This document shows, one piece after another, positions 38,609 to 52,022 of a DNA stretch of 64,000 nt. The stretch comes from Phoronis australis (lineage: Eukaryota > Animalia > Phoronida), in NCBI GenBank assembly GCA_002633005.1, contig NMRA01000158.1:184229-248228 (forward strand), written 5' to 3'. Numbering within the stretch: the first letter of the stretch is position 1; the number at the start of each line of letters is the position of its first letter. Position numbers and translations under genes: made by a program. The notes beneath the pieces were generated by a model. That model did no database searches. It was given only the letters and a program-made list of their open reading frames with translations, and was not told the origin of the DNA.

Positions 38609-38718
38609 TTGCCCCGCCTCCCATGTTCTCCCTGTTGCCCCGCCTCCCATGTTCTCCCTGTTGCCCCGCTTCCCATGTTCTCCCTGTTGCCCCGCCTCCC
38701 ATGTTCTCCCTGTTGCCC
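38609..38718. repeat. 26-bp minisatellite, ~4.2 copies
   Basis: ttgccccgcctcccatgttctccctg at 38609, 38635, 38661 and 38687; explains the repetitive ORFs at 38452-38806. Confidence 0.95.
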
Positions 38719-41700
38719 GAAAGATATCTGCACACATGCCTTCGATAATTGTCTAAAAATGTCATACAGTAAACCACGGATTAGAAGAAATCTCGCAACT
38801 AACTAACAACCTGCGGTGAACTCCTAAGGCACGCCTTTAGTTTTTATATTGTGTTACCACGTGACAGCCCAACACATTATGGCTATGCGCTTCTTTCTGA
38901 TAATTCGCAAAGCTTCATTGGTTTCTGATTTACATGAGCACTTCAGGAACAGGGTCATCGTTTGAAGGTACAGTTTTATTTGAAAGGATGTGGTTACGGG
39001 GTCCCTAGTACGTTGCCTTAGAGGCTGTTTCAAATCCTTTGAATCCCTTGTCGAAACAGATACAGATAACCGAGTGCCCGGTTGCTGCCACCCCCCCCCC
39101 CTCACCCCCGCAAATGACATTGTACTGACTGACTTTCACCAACCTATAAGTCAAAATTCACCGAAACGCCAATTCCTTAGACGATTACTTCAGATTGGCA
39201 CTTTGCTGCTTGGGGTCAGATGGTACATTTTTTTTAATTCAGCCTGCACCCAGGTTCACTGAAGCATTGTCAGTTTTTTTCAGTCAGCGTCTAATTGGCA
39301 AAAATCATCTATGGCTCAAGTGTCTCATTTTTACTCTCCGAAAAATACTCGAAACTATAAGCGCAGTTTTCGAGAAGCTGTTCCATCTACTCAAGTTCGA
39401 TGCTATTTATCTCGTATTTTTCCGGATTTCAGGTTCCGCTGTAAAAGTTCCTTGTTACTATCATACCCCCCGAAAGGATGATTTTCGCAGCACATCTTTT
39501 TGGCAACCTTAGAAGTGAATTTTACGAAAAAAATCCTAATGATCAAATTAATTCCAGTAACGCAACCACATAACGTGTTCAGGTCTAATTCAAAGTGACC
39601 TTTCTCGTGGAATTTTGTGAAAACACTGCCACCCATATTTTAGTGGCTGCCTTCATGGGATTAGCTCCCCAAACGACAAAGTCCGCACGCTTATGGGGTG
39701 GCGGAAGTGGTGGCGACCGTAAGGGGAAACTGGAATTTGGGTTCACGGGGGACGAAATCTTGGGTAAGTTGAATTACAAATGTAGCATGCCCCCCACTCC
39801 AACCCNATCGGATGGATCGTCGGTACTCCCCCCTCCCGCCTGCTTCCAGAGTCTGGTCACCCGCCACCAATTCACTCGGACATCAGATTCTTGCCGACTC
39901 TACCCCCGCCGCCGCCATTTCGCCTTGTAAATCATCTTGTTTTTTATGTAAATTACTCATTTGCCATGCAAATGCGATAACTATTTCAAAATCTGGTGTC
40001 ACTCCCGCAAGTTCTGTATGTAGTCTCATTTGCGACTTGACTGAATGTAAATCAGCGTAAATGCGAATCAAGTGCGTGGGTACTTAGTTCAAAATCTGCC
40101 ACCGAGCAATTCTGTGTCAAGTGATCGTTTAAGCTCTCTAGGGAACGCGAACGGGATTCAACTAAGTACTTTAGCTTGTCCGATAAAAATAAATAACTAT
40201 CAATCTCTTGATTGCGCAAAAGTATATTCCTATTTGTAGAACTGAGGTCGTCGATGTTAGCATTGAGTTACCATGAGTGTCTCCGGGGTGTATATAGTTA
40301 TGCAATGTTCTTCTTCTCAACTGATTGAAGTCAACATTTATCCATTCACATTAGGCGCTAAATTCGCTTATTCCGCCCAAAATCTTGCGAGTGTTCGTAT
40401 TGCCATCGCTATCCATCTGCACGTGTCTTGGATACTGTTTGCATTTATACTTTGCTTTAGTCCGACAAATTTGAATTAAACGTTTAGGTTCATGCGCCTA
40501 TTTACGGAAATAATGCGTTTTTTTTCCCTAAAATTGCTCAAGTGTTCCGTTTGTACGTATTTGCACCGATGCCACAGTCATAGGGACAGGCAACTTTCTT
40601 TTATGCAAGCGATGTCTTTAATTTGGTGTATCCTGTTTGCCTATTGTCCATGTTTTTTCGGTTTGGTTTACGCTAACATCCATCGGTGCTCAAGTGTCTT
40701 TCATATAGGCCCCTGCCCCTGATTCCGGACAAACCCTAGCATATCCGATGTATAGGTGCATGTGCCTAGCCTATTCCGCGCGGGCCTTTTGCGATTCCGT
40801 CGGTGTTACGCCGCGTCGTCTTTTGTTCGCTAACTCTGTGCTACTGTACTTGCATCATGAATACAAATTAAACTCACTTAACAAAATCAATAAATAATGT
40901 GATTGAAAGCAGACAAGTCCCAAGTGTGACGCCTAGTATATACTGATATAGTTGATACTATTTAATTGTATTTTACGGACTGAAGCTAAACAAACAGAAA
41001 AAGTTCTTCAGACCAAAAGACCAGGCGAGCTCAAGGTAATTAACTGTCTTATAAAATTGTGTTAACACGATTTTCGACGGGTACGATAAAATTGCTCACA
41101 AAATTACAAAAGTATATTTGACCTGCATTTTGACTAGACAACACTCAGCGTTACAAAAACAACATCGAAATGGTGTCGACAAAACAGATGAAGCAGTGTT
41201 GTTGAATCATTGCAAAATGCGTTGCGGCATAACTAAGACCTTTGCATGTTTCCCGAGACTATAGCCTCCCCCCCCACTTTTTTCACTGCACATGGTCTAT
41301 AGGCGATGTTCCACAGGGGGGGGGGGGGCTGNGGGGGGGGGGGCTGAGGGGGCTTTAGCCCGCCAGTTTTTCAGTGCTACGTCGCTCATGCTGTAATAGC
41401 TAGGGCATGCCCAAGATTTATGTGGCTGTTCTACTACAAGCAAGTACAATGATGCCGATACCAGGAAAACCTGCTACTTGCTGTGAAAAGGGCACATGAC
41501 GCTAAATACATGCATTGCTCGATTCTGTATGTGAGTAGCAAAATAGATCGCTAATTGGGAAGCCCAGCAAAACGAGACTTACTGCACGCACGTTTTTTAG
41601 AATTAATTTGAGGACACAAAATGTTGAAGTTTAATATTTCATGAATTTAGGATTTGATTTAGTTATTAACTCCAATTAAAGAATATTACTGTCTTCTATG

Positions 41701-42829
41701 TATGTATTGTCTGCCCCTCATTTTACGTTTTCTACTTCATTTTACTTCTCGGGGTGCATACCTATCCGACGAAATTCCAAAATCCCAGTTAACTAGTGAA
41801 CTTGTGAAACGTAAACCATAGGTGTTTTGATGCCTTGTGTGTAAAACAGACTACGCACACGAGATCTAGTTTACCAGCGGGAACGTATTAGAAAGCATTG
41901 AAATTTCCCTTGCTAATCGCTGGCTTTTTGTTTGTGAATCTTAGAAAGGGACCGTCCTGGAGGTTCAGTGGAGAAATGGCGGGAAAGTATCTGTCCCTAT
42001 CTTTCCCTAAAAACATTATGACTATACATGAAAGTCATTGATAATCTTTAAGTGCCAACAAACTGGCCATCTCATCCGAGCAAGAGAAGAATTAAATAAT
42101 TATTATAGTAGGTCTACACGGGAAACATAAGCAGGACAGATGTTAGTAGTGAGGTCGAAAAAAGAAAAACTAGAGAGAATTAGACTCTCAGCTTGGCAAT
42201 TGTAAAAATATATATACTTGCCCTTTATAGGATTTTGTCAGGCTTCAATGTAGGTGTACTTGGCTTTTCTTTATTACTTAGATGAAGCATTGTGATGGCT
42301 CGATCGGACGTAGATTAGCATGCAGGTTTGGGTTTTCTGTACCTCTTCAAAGGAGCAAGTGAACATTCCGTCGTCATAGTGGAACCGTTTTTGGATCTAA
42401 TTTTACATAGTCGTTGTAAAAAACAGTTTGGATAGTGAAAACGATCTTATGTATTGAGTAGTGTTTAAGAATAAATATAAAAAAGGTTTCATAGTTTTAG
42501 GAACGCAGAAGACTAGACCTACGCAAAGAAATTTTGAGTTTCCAAATAACTGTTCGGGTAAAATGTATTCATTATCTGAAACCCGCTTGCTTGGGATCAG
42601 AATTTGGTAATCATGTTAAAAGCCTTTTTCACGCGATCACTTTCAAACTTAAGTGAACTCCAAGTAACACGAGTGACCCGAATGACTGCAATGATAATTG
42701 GAGTGAACTGGGAAAACATCAAAACCGACTATACCTAGGTCTTTCGGGGGGAAGGGAGTACTGTGGCAGGAGGTTTGAGGCTCAGTCCCCCCATAACCAT
42801 TTGAGCTACAAAGGTCTTAAATGAGGGAA

Positions 42830-43440
42830 CCTTTTGTTTGCGTGTATGTTTTCTAACACTACAAAATCAATTACAGATGTATTTCTATTTACGAACGCTA
42901 AGGAAACTGACGAGTAAACACGCAAATACATGGCTATGTGTTTGAATGTTTGAGCTGTAAACATGTACACACAACATCCGTAGACATATCATGCAACTTC
43001 CTGAGAATTATTGGTTGACAAAGAGAAGAAAAGGAGTGGCTTCCGGGAAATGCAACTCCCGCCGGGGCGGTTTAACAGGTGGAAATCTATAAAAATTTAA
43101 GACAGGTTTACACAGCCAAAATGCTGTTATCAGAGTGTTTGCTATTTCAACACTCCATTCAATCACAAAGTACAAAATTGTTTCTTGGCACCCCGTATTA
43201 TGTTATTTGAACAGATGCTTTCCCAGCATCTAGGATGAATACAGGTACATAAAACCAGGAGGAAGATACTCCAACAGTGAAAAGTGTTTTAAAAAATCAC
43301 ATTTGGAGCATTTGCATGACGTTGTAATTGTAGGAAGTCCCAACGGCTAGATTTCGACATTCCCTGGCTTGCTGTAGTGAGAAACTTATAATTTCTTTTA
43401 TAGATTATTCACAGCGGTTGTGTTTGCATGACTCCCGTTT
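42830..43440 (+). pseudogene. Possible highly decayed P-element/THAP9-like transposase remnant
   Basis: Fragmentary translations (NTWLCV*MFE; GGNL.KNLRQ; CFPSI*DE..YIKPGGRY) loosely follow the order THAP end / YxxLR / DExxIK. Many stops and frameshifts. Confidence 0.25.
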
Positions 43441-44699
43441 TTTTTTTCTTGGTGGTGTCCGCGGAGAGGCAATGCTAAATATGCCACAGGTATCCGGAAA
43501 TCGTCCCCGTATCTGAATAAACAAGCTCATGCAATCAAATATATTAGACAATTAAGAAGAAAGAAAGCGCACAGTCGACTTAAAAGACGAATTAAATTGT
43601 CCCCTTTCGGAGACCACTTCAAGTATCTCTAATACAAATTAAACTCTGTTCAATGATTTTTAATGTTTTTACTCTCGCTACTTTGTTCTTTTCTTTGATG
43701 TTCAGGGATGGTACAGATCTTAAGGATGATCCTGACATATATTTCTAGGGTGTTTTTTAAAGACGTTTTTCAAAACAATAACTCTTCGTTTTTAATTTTA
43801 AAGCATAACATGTGGGTCGAAACGTGATAAAGTATCATACAGCAAGCCCCCTTTTTACTGAGTTATCTCAATAACGAGTTATTATTGCCGGGACCTTTTT
43901 GGGGGAAGAAGGGGGTTGTGGGGGTTTCTTGAAAATCTATCGCTCAAACTTATGTTGGCTGGGGAGGGGTGGGGTGGGGCGGGGAGANNNNNNNNNNGGG
44001 GAGAGTGGTGGGTATGAAGAAAATACACAATGAGCTCTTTTACGACGGTAAGTAGCCTACATCATAACTTGCTTTTGACAGGAAGCACTGGCGAGTTAAA
44101 TACCGCTATAAACAATAACAAGTTACCGTGCCACGGGCAAGTTTCAAAGATTAGTCGTAGAGAACTGTTTTTTCTTGAATGAGAACTTTTCTAATCGGAC
44201 ACTTATCGATGAAATGACGATGAAGAAAATACAGACGGATATGAAAATGAAAAGTTCACGTCAAATTTTGTAACAGTCTTCAAAAGAGTTTGTTTTCGAT
44301 TTACAACTTTCGCACATGTGTTTGCGATTATGTTCAGCACAGAAAATAGTGAATTTAGGGCAGATGAGTAACGTTATGACTGACAGATTTAAGTAACAAA
44401 ATCAAGACGTATATTTGTACCAATCGGCGTTAGATGGCGCTACTTAGTCAACGCTCTTGAAATTGCAATATTTGCTACACAAACAAGACACTTAATATTC
44501 CATTTTTCTTGATTTAAACTTTTGAAAAATTTTACTTGAAGACACGCTTTTGCGGGTTAAAAATGATGAGTTGTTTAGGTTCAGCACCATGTTTATTTAG
44601 GTAGTTCAGCTAAAAAATCAAACCAGTGAGCTTAGTAGTAAAAAAACAGCTTGTAGACACTGCCGTTTTATTGAGAAAAAAGTGCGATCTGTGTCAGAT

Positions 44700-45040
44700 G
44701 TAATTTTAAAATTAGAAAGACCGACAGGCGTTTTTGCAACTTCTTAAATGACGTCAATGTTCCTAAAGCGATATGCTAATGAGCTCTGAGGATCACGTGG
44801 TACATTTGCGTGGGATTTACTCTAAACGGGTTCGAGTTCCGGAATTCTGTGGCTGTGTACTTTGCATACTTTATCAGCCAGATTGGAGAAACCTGTTCCA
44901 AAAATCCATTCCACGTATACGCTTCGATCAATCAGCATTATTTTGAGGTGATTTTGCTGAAAGTGGAATTGAGTTCATTGATATCAAGCTGATATTTGCT
45001 GCCGAAAGGTGAGTAAACTGCCAAGATGGCCGCTCCCAGC
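44700..45040 (+). promoter_or_regulatory. Candidate promoter and first non-coding exon of a downstream plus-strand gene
   Basis: CRE TGACGTCA (44749), E-box CACGTG (44794), strong donor AAG|GTGAGT (45008/45009) and YY1-like CAAGATGGCCGC (~45022). CpG content appears to fall downstream. Confidence 0.45.
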
Positions 45041-47176
45041 TTTGCAAAAACATAAATCTATGCGACTGCGTTTGCCAAGCTGTTGTAGGCTTACCACTTT
45101 GTGTTTAATCATGCTAATGCGCATAAAACGCCGCAGTCATTTTTTGTAACTGTGTGTTGAAGTTAAAACATTTCACGAGAAGAGTCCAGTCTCTGCAATA
45201 TGTGTGCTGTGGCCTGGCACTGGCAGCTCCAGTCGGCATTTTCACTGTGACCGGGTGACTCAAAAGTATACCCTTCATCTGCATTTTTTTACATACATTG
45301 ACAGTCATGCCTTTGAGTAGTTTTTATAATCATTGAAGGTATTATGCTCAAAAGCAACGGCAGTTTTCACTGGAATAACTTACAAATACTGGAATGGGAA
45401 GATCAACTAGGGCCTACTTCACCAGAAATCTATAAACATCATGCTACACATAGTATACCTAATTATCGAACAGACCCTAAATATCGGACGTTGCATAAAA
45501 TCTTACTTGAAGCATAATCTGAGAAATAAGTGACTACAATTGCCATTGTGTCATAATTCATTCAATGTACGGCACTGACTCATTTTTTACAGTGTTGCCT
45601 CGTTTTGATTTCACCGTGAGAGAGCACAATTTAGGCACCCAAGTCCATCTTAAATAGACAATTGTATAAACTGGTTATCAAAGTTGAAAACAAAATCTTT
45701 TTCCACAACAAAATCATCTCACTTAACTGACAATATACCTTTTAAAACTCAAGTCAAACCCTGGCTGCGCATTGTGCGTGTGTCAAAAAGACACAGAAAA
45801 CTGCAATGAGATTGTAGGTGCTTTAGTCATCTGCACTGATTCATCGAAACAACTTGGTGCCGTCATCAGGTTTTTTTTATGGATAATTTTGTTGAGAACA
45901 GAGCTACAATTTGGCGACAAGATGCTCGCGGCCATTGCTTGGTTAGTCAGTTTTCTGTAGTGTAGCGTATTCGGATACATGTTGTCCAATATTTAGGTTC
46001 TCCGAGGGTTTGCTATTTGTGTTTTTTAAAGATCAGTCAGAACATAAATGTGGATTTTAGTGACAAGATTATAGCAACAGAACAATTCCGCACAGGTAAG
46101 TCTTTATTTCAATAAAGAATTTACAACAACCTGTGGTATTTACAATTAAATATAATGCAAAATGTGCCAAAACGTCCGATATTTAGGTCGCTTGACTGTA
46201 CATTGACAGTTGTCAGCAAGCTAAGCCTGAATTCAAATATGGTTGAAAGTCAGTATGTTCAAAATGTGGGATGTAGTGTCATACCACACTCGCATTGCAC
46301 AGCTAATATTGACGTGCACATGTCCAAGTTAGAATCGAAGGTTCAACATTTTACTGTTATCTTGTCACATCACCATTAGCATTTTACCTAGTGGTGAATT
46401 AAAAAACTATGTGCATTTGAGTCACTACTAATTCTAATATGAAGTCAGTCGCTCAAAATCTGTGTGCATAAGATGCCAAGCGACTTGATTTGTCATTCCA
46501 ACGCGGTATAAAGAATCCAAACATGATCAAGTACCGTCGTTCTTGATTGCGTAGTTACCTAAGAGAATTTAAATATTTGTGGTACTAGCACATTTATCAA
46601 GTATTTATGTCCACTTTACACAATTTTTGATGGACCTTCTGCTCTGATGATTGGCAACAGAGACAGTTGTAGCTTTTAAAGTTTGCTTGAATTTCATATT
46701 GCTGCGTCGTTTGATCTTCTAGGTCTTCCTAGATTTACCTAAGTCATAGTTGTAATGTGCTCCATTTAATTATTAATACTTAAGTTGCTTTGCATCCTTT
46801 GAATTATGGGCACTGTTTGGGTATAGCAGTTCCTACTTTAGAGAACTAGGCAATCACTGAATAACTGGCTGTTATTCACTGAACTAAACGGGTTCTCTAA
46901 ATCATTGTATCAATTATCCCCCGTACCCTAAGGCATTGGTCGAGGTAGATGGTGGACATCGTAATATGCCAAAAATTCTTCTGCAAGTTAGGCTTCACCC
47001 TGGTTAAACCTTCAAGGTCATGTTGCTACCGTTCAAGCATAGAGGGACATTTCAGGAGGCCGTTGATGTTTCAATAAATCCTTCCAACTCATCGAGTCGA
47101 GGTTTCTGTGCAACATGTCACTTCATTACAAACATTTTAAGTCTGACCTGCATGCCATCTATTGGCCACATCATGT

Positions 47177-47250
47177 GGCCCTTGACCAGGAGTCGAATCC
47201 AGGACTTCCTGCTATGCGTAGATGCTCTACCCACTGAGTCATCGGGATCA
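47177..47250 (-). mobile_element. tRNA-derived SINE head
   Basis: Reverse complement gatcccgatgactcagtgggtagagcatctacgcatagcaggaagtcctggattcgactcctggtcaagggcc has an A box (TGACTCAGTGGGTAGAGC) and a B box (GGATTCGACTCC) but no proper acceptor or anticodon stems. Confidence 0.65.
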
Positions 47251-47725
47251 AACACAGAAATCAAATCAGTGGCGTGCAGAACAGACTTAATTTGTTTGTT
47301 TCCATGCCAGTTGAAAATCTACATATATATTCAAAATTGTGAACTGGCCATTCATATCTCTACACATGATTCTTGCATAAGTTTTTTATCATACCAAAGT
47401 GGAGTTCTGTGGCCTCGAGAGTGAGCCAATCTCTGTTAGGCTGCTCTGGTGATCCACCACGATCGTGAGTGCTGGAAACTTGGCCGCAAGCATCATTACT
47501 CTTGTACGCAGTGCCATCTAGGTAGCAAAATGGAAATTTCAACAATTCCATTGATGAATGAAGAAATGCATCCTCAAGAAATTTTAAATATCAAAGTATT
47601 AGTTGGACTTAGTGGCACATCATTGACGTTTTGCGGTCAAATGTCAACTAGGTATCATGATGCCACACGGCCTTCACAAAAAGTGCTAAAAAGTTTAGCT
47701 TCATTAAAAGTTCTTAACCAAAATT

Positions 47726-48435
47726 AAAACGAGAGCGCTCGGAGGAGCGACACTTTGCGAAATTACGCGAAAACATTTTTTTCTGAAATTCAAAGTCGAA
47801 TAACTCGAAAACGGTAATTCTGAGAAAAATGTCATCGCAGAATTTTTGAAAGAGCATACTTCAAGGAATCCACATGCAAAAATTCACGTCATCTGCTCTT
47901 CCCGTTAAAAAAGCGACAGCAGGACGATTGAAAATGGGTGAAAATGCGCCAGAGCTGCCATCTTGAATGTGACTTCCGCTTAAACAAAATTTTATAAAAG
48001 CTGATCAATTTCAAGAAATACGTGATCAGTTTGAAAGTGATTGGTTCGCCAATCCACCCTCTACAGGAGAAAACGTTTTTGGCCAGATATCTAGGTGCGC
48101 ATGCGCCATCGTCAATATTTCCGCCATCTTTAACCAGAAGTCAATGTTTTTCGGCACTGTTGTAGCACATGTGTTCTATAATAATCGTACCAAGTTTCAG
48201 CTCTGTACGTCAAAAAATGCGGCCTCTATGAGCATTTGAATGTGAAATCGGAAACAAAATGGCCACCACGTCCGCCATTTTGAATCCGATCATGACCAAG
48301 TAACAATAGGCTTCCAGGACTTTCCAATGTACACATCGTTTACAAATTTCGTAAGAATCGGACGAAAATTGCGACCTGTAGTGAGCGAACAAAAAAAAAT
48401 CTTGCTGTCAGACCAACATACTTCGCCAAGTAATA
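47726..48435 (+). mobile_element. HINE/Helentron-like non-autonomous element
   Basis: Starts aaaacgagagcgctcggaggagcg (short hairpin), has repeated gccat(c/t)tt motifs (~47957, 48123, 48274) and ends with the small hairpin tacttcgccaagta. CpG-rich relative to its flanks. Confidence 0.5.
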
Positions 48436-49253
48436 ATTTCAGATTCTATTTTACCTTGTTACTCAATACTATTGACCAAAATTTTAGATCCCAGGAATCA
48501 TTCGTCAAGTGATTTCCAGCGTTGTACGCTTCTTTCTCTCAGCTGTTCCTTGCAAATGTCCAACATTGCTTTAGTCTTACCTTTCACATTTGCAGAACAT
48601 ATTGAGTTTTTACTGTAATGTTTAAAACCACTTAGGGAACCCTGTAACTAGATCATCTTTCAAGTAGAGTTGCGTAAGAGATCCGTGTGCTGAGATCAAT
48701 TGTCATTCCATTTACAGCCAGTCTCAGTTTGACTTCGATCGGTCTTGCCATTGATCTTGTATTCCATGCAGTTTATAAAATGTGTTGTTGCAAAGTTACC
48801 TAAATTTGGACATTTGTGTAATTTCATGCATAACAGTAAACCACCCATTTTTGTAATTTTCGTTTTATGAGTAGAGTTTTTCACCTGTGTCCTATCAAAG
48901 TAACATAGAAATTCCAATATGGGTGTAGCGAGAAGTAGAGATTGAGACAGAGATAGATAAGTACACAAATAAATTTATGCATCAAATTTTCAGGAACTAA
49001 CCACTGAACTCATAGATGTATGAAATACTCCCATTGTTTTGAAAATGAGGATTGTAGTTAAAACCTAGACTGGCAAATCACAATCAAGGTCCATATTCGG
49101 TGACCACTTTTGGTGGAAAATGAAGGTTGCCATATAGCTGTAAAAGCTGGGTTATTTTTAAGTACCATCATTCCAGGTTTGTAATCTAAAATATTTTTGC
49201 ACAAGAACCAACTAATAAAATTTTATGACCTAATGCATCACAGTTGTACAAAA

Positions 49254-50928
49254 GGGTATGTACACTACAACTTGTGGTCACAGCCAACTTCTACCATGCA
49301 AACATTCACAAGGTAGCTGTTAATTTAACAAGTTCTTGATCAAATGAAAAGTATCGCATACTAAAGTAAGAAAAGTTGTTACCGTGCAGATCAAGTTGTT
49401 CTAGATGATGATACATTGCATATCTTAACACAGTATAATGAGAACTTCCTCTCTTGCAATATGATTCTTACAAAAAGAAAATGACAAGTAACTACTTTTT
49501 TCAAACACTTTATTGGTGCTATTTGCCTAGTTTTCAATAAATTCACTAGTTGGTTAAAATAGTTAAAGCAATGCTAGGCCCAGAGTTTCACTTGTAAACA
49601 GTAAAAAATGGTACTGGTTGGGGGGTACGTACACTATGCACAGTCAATCAACTTCAAATTTTGACTAAGTTACAAATGTATGGGAAGGTCTTGAGTTTTG
49701 TGCTGCTTCTACTTGTTGGTTTGTTGCAAGTTGTCTTGAGAGATAGAGAATCTGCCTCTGCAACATCAGTTGTCACATGATGTGTCTTCTAGGATGTTAA
49801 GTACTAGCCAAGTCCTGTGTGGCATTTTATTGCCCAACAATTTGATAATGTCCATTGTTTTTTTTGTCAGACTGGATTCATTTAGGAAATATCAATATTG
49901 TTCATGAGAACAGCGGTATGTAAACATACTTGTGGGCAATATTTTATAGCATAGAGGTTGGAGGTACATACACTACACAGGGGTACGTACACTACACTAG
50001 GGTATGTACTCTGCACAGGGGTACGTACACTACACGGGTACGTACACTACACAGGGGTACGTACACTACATTTCAATGATTTGTCAGGTTTATAAAAATA
50101 CTTAGAATCTACTGAGAGTTAGTTCATTTACCAAATCTATTCAAAGAGAACAAATAGAAAGTACAGCATACATATGCATATCTGTCTGTCATTCTTTGAA
50201 AACAGGCACATGTTAAAATATAGGGGTACCTACAATACACAAATGCTAATATTTCACTCAAAACAAATGTATTTATAATTAACACCCTTTTCACCTAGTA
50301 TTTTTAATGGAGGAAACTATCTGTGACAAATGTTGCTTACTTACCGTGTAATATTTTTGTTTCGTGGCATTTGTTCACATCGGGCTACGTACACTACACA
50401 GGGGTACGTACACTACATTTCAATGACATGTCAGGTTTTTTGTAACTAAATAGTAAGAATCTACTGAGAGTTAGTTGATTTACTTAATCAATTTAAAGAG
50501 AAAAAATTAAAAGCACAGCATTCATGCGCATATCTGCCGTACTTTGAAAATAGGCACAAATTTAAATATAGGGGTACATACACTATGCAAATGCTAATAT
50601 TTCACTCAAAACAATTGTAATTGTAATAAACACCCTTTTAACCTAACATTTTTGAGGAAGGAAACTGTCTACGAACAGTGTTGCTCACTGACCAAGTGAT
50701 ATTTTAATTTCATGGCATTTGTAAACATGAGGGTATGTACACTACAAGCGGGGCTGGGGGGTACGTACACTACATCACTGTTTCTGCATCACATGGTAAC
50801 ATAATGTTGTATGACCATTTGTTTTTCTTTGATGATAATAAGCACCATGTTGTTATTTAAAAGGCAATAATTTCATTTGCAATGACCATTTTTGTTACTG
50901 AATTCCACATGGGGGTACGTACACTACA
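49254..50928 (+). repeat. Array of ~15 same-orientation GGGGTACGTACACTAC motifs including a ~347-bp duplication
   Basis: Tandem cluster at ~49963-50070 and dispersed copies near 49254, 49621, 50223, 50382, 50401, 50571, 50731, 50757 and 50911. 50054-50400 is homologous to 50401-50745. Confidence 0.85.
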
Positions 50929-51532
50929 TTTTGTTAGCCTTTTTTGACCCATTTTCAACATAGCAGAACTCAGTCAATATCCAAACTTTTGGTTTATTTA
51001 GATATTGAATAATTTGCTGTGTTGCCTAGGCTAACATATTCTGCAGTTCTTTTTATGACAGAGTTTGGACTTTAGTTTTTAACCTTATTTACAGTAGGTG
51101 AGGGTTAGAAACACAGAATTTACAAGTTTCGTAACGAGTGCATGCTTTATGATGAACCCTACCATTTCTCAATAATTAAGCACAACTTCATCTAACTGAT
51201 TCTAAAAGTCATATCCAAGCAATTGCTTACTTGATAAAATAAATTTCTTTTCTACTGTTGACAATTGAAAAGTGTAATTTTTAAAACGGCCACTAGTAAC
51301 GCTAAAAAGGCATGAAATTCATAGACAAAAACATGCATAAATTTTTCAAACGTCCGATTTTGATGATTCGTTTTTTAATTTGCACAACTAAATAACTCTT
51401 TGCATATGAGATTCAGTTGGCATTTGGTAAGTGACCAAAAAAAATATTTTAGACTGTTACACAGTCAACTCTCGAATATGGACCTTGATTGTTGTTTAGC
51501 TGAGAACACTCATTTTCGAATTTTAACAATAG

Positions 51533-52022
51533 CAAGTAATGCACAGGGGTTCATCCTGGATATCAAAGCCCAAGTAATGCACATGGGTTCATCCAGGATA
51601 TCAATGTCCAAGTAATGCACAGGGGTTCATCCAGGATATCAATGGCCAAGTAATGCACAAGGGTTCATCCAGGATATCAATGGCCAAGTAATGCACAGGG
51701 GTTCATCCGGGATATCGTAGCCCAAGTAATGTACAGGGGTTTATCCAGGATATCAATGTCCAAGTAATGCACAGGGGTTCATCTAGGATATCAATGTCCA
51801 AGTAACGCACAGGGGTTCATCCTGGATATCAAAGCCCAAGTAATGCACAGGGGTTCATACAGGATATCAATGTCCAAGTAATGCACAGGGGTTCATCCAG
51901 GATATCAATGTCCCAAGTACTGCGCAGGAGTTCATCCTGGATATCTCAGCCCAAGTAACGCAGAGGGGTTCATCCTTGATATCAAATCCCAAGTAATGCA
52001 CAGGGGTTCATCCAGGATATCA
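51533..52022. repeat. 38-bp minisatellite, ~13 copies
   Basis: caagtaatgcacaggggttcatccaggatatcaatgtc units at 51533, 51571, 51609 and onward; head-to-tail with no spacers. Confidence 0.95.

Noticed and set aside
38452-38806. Repetitive Gly/Arg- or Pro/Cys-rich ORFs
   Set aside because: They are translations of the 26-bp minisatellite in different frames.
39880-40160. hAT transposase remnant on the minus strand (ELKRSLDT...FEIVIAF...LQGE)
   Set aside because: The resemblance to the LKxxxxTRW region lacks the diagnostic RW; too weak without a database search.
40255-40883. Solo LTR (TGTTA...TAACA ends, TATA-like motif near the left end)
   Set aside because: The inverted termini are suggestive, but the flanks (gtcga / aaatc) give no TSD and there is no second copy in the window.
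41315-43997. G-runs at ~41316-41354 and ~43960-44001 as G-quadruplex elements
   Set aside because: Both coincide with assembly n's, so their length and sequence are unreliable; the first lies inside a MITE copy.
47177-47250. Functional tRNA gene
   Set aside because: A and B boxes are present but the acceptor and anticodon arms do not form a cloverleaf; better explained as a SINE head.
51533-52022. CRISPR array
   Set aside because: The units are contiguous with no unique spacers, there are no cas genes, and the context is eukaryotic.
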